A stretch of DNA of 59,314 nucleotides, counting the filler, from Sluysia triapertura (lineage: Eukaryota): NCBI GenBank assembly GCA_046118255.1. It is 5 parts of 5 records of this genome, joined end to end, with 100 filler letters (N's around TTAATTAATTAA, not from the genome) between each part and the next. Parts side by side here need not be neighbours in the genome. Positions count along the whole stretch, not along the records: positions 47,399 to 59,314 come from JBJNIA010156714.1; 4 more parts are not named here. One strand, 5' to 3'. The position numbers were made by a program, and so were the translations under genes. Positions 53,521-59,314 of this stretch are shown in pieces (position 1 is the first letter of the stretch; the number at the start of each line of letters is the position of its first letter). The notes under the pieces are model-generated. The model made no database searches and was not told the DNA's origin. It saw nothing but the letters and a program-made list of their open reading frames with translations.

Positions 53521-54459
53521 TAATACTAATATTAATATTAAATAATATTAAATAATATTAAATGTTGGAAATCCATATTTTATAAAAATAAAATTTAAAA
53601 CCAATTAAAAGATTTTAAAAATATACATAATCAGTGTTCTCATTAATATAAAGCTTACCAAATTAAGAATATCCATTTATTCTTGAATTTAAGAAATACA
53701 AACCAAACATTTATGTAGTATTTGTATTTTATATTTCGAAGTATGATTGTGTGAAAGTTCTAACATATGCTTGCTTTATTATCAACATCATAATCATATG
53801 ACTAAAACTGAGAAAATATGACAGTTGCAATCAATATTTCATTTTACAATTTCCATTAAGTATAAATGAAAACACATACCTGTATACACCTAAATACCCT
53901 TTTAATAAGTAATGTTACTCAGTTATAATAAATGTACAGTTACCACAACGATATAAAAATCGAAGATATAAAAACTACTGAATATAAGGAAATTTCGAAT
54001 TCTCAAATCATCTTTACTACATTCAAAAGTATTGTAGTCACAGATAATACAGATTTTTCCTTTCCTTTCATAGTTACAATTATTTCCTTATCAAATAATT
54101 TTGTGTCCCGATTATTAACGACCTATTCTTTTTGCCAATTACGCTATTGCTAATTATTAGATTAAAATTTTGAAAATATTTTTGCATAAATATAATATTT
54201 TCATAAAGAATAAGCAAGCAAATAATGTAACTACAAATATCAAGCAATGATAGTTAGTTCAAGTTATTTGATAAGGAAATAATTGGAACAATCAATGAAC
54301 AAACGCAACGAATAAATTTTATATGAAACATATTATCTAGCGCTAAGGCACATTTCAAAACACGCGATATAATGTGATTAAAATATTGTTTAAAATATTT
54401 GTAAAATAATTTAAATTTTATTTTTTTGTTTAACAAATATTTAATAAATTGATAGAAAA

Positions 54460-55347
54460 ATGACAATAAGTAATAATATAATTACAACAATAAAATATAA
54501 AAATTACGAAATATTTTACAAAAAAAAACTTGGCAATGGCTCATATGGTCATATTGCGGAAGGTTATGATAACGTAAATAAAATGTATGTCGCAGTTAAG
54601 ATAGAACAAATTAAAGAATACAACACCATAGAAAGTGAATATGAAGTTTATGGAAAACTTGGAACTATTAATGGAAATGTATATGGATTTCCAACTATCT
54701 ATGAATTTGGTACTTATAAAAATTATAATTTATTGATTATGAGTAAAATGTATAAAAGCATATTTGATTATTTTTCGGAAACAGAAAGATTTACGTTAAA
54801 GACTGTTTGTATGATCGGAATACAGATGCTTGATCGTTTAGAATATTTACATGGTAAAGGTTTTGTACATTGTGATTTAAAACCTGATAATATGATGATT
54901 AAGTCTAATTCAGATACATGTATATATTTAATTGATTTTGGTTTAAGTATGCAATACTTAACATCATCAGGTGAACACAAAGAATATGGAATCGAAAACT
55001 CGTGGAATGGTACTCGAGCTTATATGAGTATACGTACTCAACAAGGTAAAAGAGTATCAAGAAGAGATGATATCGAATCTTTAGCTTACGTCTTGTTAGA
55101 TCTTGCTAGAGGATCGTTACCATGGGACAAATGTGAAGGCTCGTGGGCATACCTCGAAAATTTCAAATTAAATTCAACTACATATTTCGAAAAATTCAGC
55201 ACTCATTTTAAGACATTCTATAAATATGCTCGACTACTGAATTATACAGAACAACCGGATTACAGATATTTAAAGGACCTACTTCTTCACATTATTGAAG
55301 AAAATAATGAAAAATGCGATTGGAATTTTGATTGGAATAACAATTGA
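54460..55347 (+). CDS. Casein kinase 1 family Ser/Thr kinase, intronless and divergent, 295 aa
   Basis: KKLGNGSYG, VAVKIE, RFTLKTVCMIGIQMLDRLEYLH, HCDLKPDN, LIDFGL, GTRAYMS, SRRDDIESLAYVL, LPW, PDYRYL, DWNFDW. Confidence 0.95.
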   Translation: MTISNNIITTIKYKNYEIFYKKKLGNGSYGHIAEGYDNVNKMYVAVKIEQIKEYNTIESEYEVYGKLGTINGNVYGFPTIYEFGTYKNYNLLIMSKMYKSIFDYFSETERFTLKTVCMIGIQMLDRLEYLHGKGFVHCDLKPDNMMIKSNSDTCIYLIDFGLSMQYLTSSGEHKEYGIENSWNGTRAYMSIRTQQGKRVSRRDDIESLAYVLLDLARGSLPWDKCEGSWAYLENFKLNSTTYFEKFSTHFKTFYKYARLLNYTEQPDYRYLKDLLLHIIEENNEKCDWNFDWNNN

Positions 55348-58040
55348 TATTCATTATTTCGAATTATTATAAATTTCGAATTCTTCAAATTAAAAATAAA
55401 TGCAATTATTAATTTCAAATTCAAAATGAGATTTAAATATATTTTATATTTTGCGAGTTGTAGTTCTGTGATAATGGCCATTGTTTCGGCAATTTGTTAT
55501 AGAAAGTATAAAATTACATGTTATAAATTTTTTATTTTTGTTCTTAATAAGAGAATAAATTCCTCTTTAATTTGAAAGCTGTTATATTAATTAAGACATT
55601 GATAATATCTTCAACAATTGTAGGCTGGATTTTATTAAAAATTTTGATAAAAGTTTTATTAAAAACTTTCATTTTTTTTAAATTTCACAATTTTATAAAA
55701 TATAGATTTAAAAAATGCCATAATTTAAAATTTTAAGTAAAATATTTACATTCATTTTTAAGTATGTTTAAGAAATAATCAAAAACAATTTCATATTTAT
55801 CGTAATTTTTTATTGAGAAAACAAAATTGTTTTAAATGAATTTGTAAATCATCACTTTGATTATCGAAATTGTAATTTTATGTTTCATTGTTTATGATTT
55901 TATTTGATAAAATATTCGGAGTTTTACGAATTTAATAAAATGCAAAATGGATTTCTAAAAAGTTAAATCTATTAAAATTGCTCGATATTTGGTTTAAATA
56001 TATTTATTAATAAAGTATGGATGTCCAAAGTTTCGACTCTTTAATAGATAAATTGTTCATGTAGTGTATGAGCAAAGTGGACAAAAAGGCATGCCAATTT
56101 AATATCTTTTAAGATAAAATGTCAGAATTCAGATGATTGATGTCATATATCATGCACGATAATTACGCTGATTTTATGAAAATTATTTCTACGATGTGAC
56201 GTACTTGGAAGGCAACATATATACAAATTTGGCTTTTTATTAAACTTCTTAAGTACCAGATTATGACAGTATATTAATTTGAAGCGGTTATTTCTACGGA
56301 ATATAGATTAGGTCATATCTTGCAAGTATGACCCTAACTTTATAACAAATACCACTGAAGTTGTCTGTTTATAATATCAAATTGCAAAAATGAAATGGTC
56401 TAAATTCCAAAGACCAATTAAAATCGAAATATGATAATTCTATAATAAATTAAAAATATTAGTCGTATCTAATATGGTTTATTTAAAATTTTATAGTACT
56501 GAAAGTGCAATTGAATTTACGTAGGTATACACCTTGTATAAGCAAAGAAACAAAATAAATTGACAATGATCACAATATGAGTTAAATACATTTTCGTACT
56601 TTCGGATAATCATCCAAATAGAAAGTAGGAACAACGTTGTGGAGAATGTTCAAAAGAGCACTCCTTAACACAATCGTGTTGATAAAAATAAGATTATTTC
56701 TGATAAGTGTTGCAGTAGTAATTTTAAGTTATCACTGGTTATTTTTAGCCTACAAATGGGTTTTATTTGAATCTTCTGATTTTTATTTATTTTTAATTTT
56801 ATAGTTAAAAGATTAAAAGAATAACTTAATATATTTGATCAATTTACTCGTAATAAATAAAGAAAAAGCAAGCAAAACTTAAATGTTTTACAACATTCTG
56901 GAACAATAAGTCATAATTAATTAGCATTACTGTTACTAGACAAAAATTTGTTTCATATTTATCCGTTGTAATAAGTGATGTTGTTTTGTCCCCTGTTGCT
57001 CTTTTAATTGCATTTGGTTTAAATAATTATGACACATCACTTAACAAAACGGTAAACTTAGTATCTTTAATATAAAAAGTTACAAATAAATAAACTTCAA
57101 ACATAAATTGGTTTAATCACTCTCCTTCATTAATCATAGAAAAGCATCATTGTCATATTAAAGTTAATCATAATAACATTAATGAGTATACAAACTTTCG
57201 TTATTATCAGGTAATTTATGAATTACTTTCTTAGTGAAAACGTCACATTACACAAATCTGAATCTTTAGACTTTCAGTATAACTGTAAATAATCATCTAT
57301 TTTAGGTAGTTTTAATTCGAAAATAATTTCTACACCTACCTTTATTAAAGAAAGTAAGCTTGTGCAGTTTCAAATGATTATGTTTTAATTCACGAAAATA
57401 AAACTCGTTTTTAAGTCTTGTAAGACGAAATTACGAATGTACGCATTTTGTACGTAATATTCTAAATAATTAGAACTAGTTTTGAACATTGCTTTATAGT
57501 CTATTAGAAATTCATCGTTTGCATAACTAATATTTGTCGCTATTAAAATCTCCTGTGGTTAATTTAAGATGAGATTGAAAAACCATTTTACCACAAAGAT
57601 ATCATTGTGTTTTAGTTAATTGTATTATACTATACTCTGTTATAATCAGAGTAAGTTTTATGTAAATTACCTAAGCAATGAAAACAAAGTTGAAGTTTTT
57701 TTCATATTCCGATATGAAAACATAGGATGAATAGGAAGAATATTGAATAAATTACCAATAATGAAGTCAAATTATGAATATTGTAATATTTAATTTTCAT
57801 AATCATAGCAATAATTCTGAATTTCTTAACAATTATTATAATAATCACGATAATAATAACACACATATAAATTTATTAAATATAATACCCCAATTACTCG
57901 ATTAATTAATCATTTAAATCTTCAATGTTTTGATATTTCGGTTTTATATTAATTATAACACACGTAAATTGAAAACGAACTTTATTTCACTTAAAGCAAA
58001 TATCATTCCGTTGCTGACTTTTATTCAATATATTTACGAA

Positions 58041-58790
58041 AATGTTTTATTTAGTTATAATATATGTTTAGTTATCAAAACGATATAAAATCGAAGACAC
58101 AAAAATTGTTAAATACCGCGAATTTAAATTCAAATTAATTTATAAATTAGGAAATTTTAAACAATATTTCTAAAATATTAATTTAGTTAAATCATCTTTA
58201 CTATTTTCAAAAGTATCATAGTCATACATCATATTTAGCACATAAATTTTATTCGTCCCTTTCATTTTTACAATATTTCCTCATTAAATAACATTATTTA
58301 ACAAACTTTAATTTGTTGCAATTATTAACGATCTATGAGATTACTTTTTATTTGCTATATTGACGAAAATAATGAAAAATGCGATTGGAAATTCGACCAG
58401 AATAACAATTAATATTTATTTCTTGAATTATTATCAATTTCGAATTCTTCCAAAATAAATGCAGTTATAAATTTCAAATTCAAAATCAGATTAAAGTAAA
58501 ATATTGAAAATTTCATTTATATGATAAAAATTAGAAATAATATATAAAGTTTTCTTATTTTTCAATCATTAATTAGAGAAGAAGCAACTTTTTTAATTTG
58601 AAAGCGTTTATATTATTTGAAACATTGATTTATTAAAAATTAAAACTTTGTTAGAAGCTTCTCATTGGTTTTAAATTTCGTAATTTTAAAAAAAAAGATT
58701 TAAAAATAATCGCAATTTAAAACTTTAAATAAGATATTTTTATATTCATTTATTGAAAAATGTTTAGAAATTATCAATAACAATTTCTTT
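58041..58790 (+). pseudogene. Duplicate of the CK1 locus with the coding region deleted
   Basis: 58041-58336 matches the upstream region 53911-54126. 58358-58790 matches the last codons and 3' flank 55292-55790 (IDENNEKCDWKFDQNNN* vs IEENNEKCDWNFDWNNN*). Confidence 0.85.
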
Positions 58791-59314
58791 TTTTGGAAAT
58801 CTTAAAAAAGTTTTTAAATTGTTTTATTTGTAAAAACACAATGCTAAAATCTGCTTGATAATAGGCTATCATTCATACACAATTTGCTTGGGGTTAAATC
58901 ATCAATGCCATATTTATAAGGTATTATAAGTAATAGTTGTTTAAATTGTTATTTTTGACTGAAAATAGAAAAAATATTTTGTTACAATCTTTAGATTTTA
59001 TAAATAATTCTAATGACGGTATCGAAGATTTTGAAAATTTTGATGTTAATTCTGAGTATTAAATAATAATGATATTATAAATTGCTGTAATGTTTCACAG
59101 TTTAGCACAACATTTCCTAAAGGGCTTTTGTTTTTTTGTTTTGTGGCAAAACAATTTTCTTAAAAAGATTCGATTTACAAAACATACCAGGAACATGACA
59201 ACTTTCAATTTGCATTCATCAATTTCGGTTTTCAATTTATTAATTATTGGTGAAACTTTTTCCTATTAGTTTTTTAAATTTTTATTTATCTATAATAAAT
59301 TTTTAAATAATAAT

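Noticed and set aside
54768-54980. Short antisense ORFs overlapping CK1, USP14, ORF15002 and the repeat gene
   Set aside because: Shadow frames of real coding sequence.

Overview
Very AT-rich eukaryotic (metazoan-type) DNA, not prokaryotic. The window is five unlinked contigs (1-11631, 11732-22968, 23069-34282, 34383-47298, 47399-59314) joined by artificial 100-nt N44-TTAATTAATTAA-N44 spacers. Intact or probably intact genes: a four-exon USP14/Ubp6 deubiquitinase with a 31-nt first intron; an LRR + Roc-COR (MFHAS1-like ROCO) gene whose Roc GTPase motifs look dead; an intronless CK1-family kinase with HCD in place of HRD; one isolated intact exon of XPB/ERCC3; and, most interesting, a 12-exon gene that the ORF track captures only in fragments (43588-45862). 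That gene encodes a 427-aa, cysteine-free, secreted protein of five ~81-aa amphipathic helical repeats, each encoded by the same two-exon module (long exon + 56-nt exon). The rest is decayed DNA: MTA and MTMR3/4 pseudogenes, a CK1 duplicate with its coding region deleted, Tc1/Tc3/mariner/IS630-like and hAT remnants, TA-flanked MITEs, L2/CR1-group LINE fragments, a tRNA-Cys-derived repeat family and satellites. Tiny introns, high AT and metazoan genes suggest a compact invertebrate genome, such as an orthonectid-like parasite. This taxonomic guess is inference only. All homology calls come from remembered motifs; no database searches were run.
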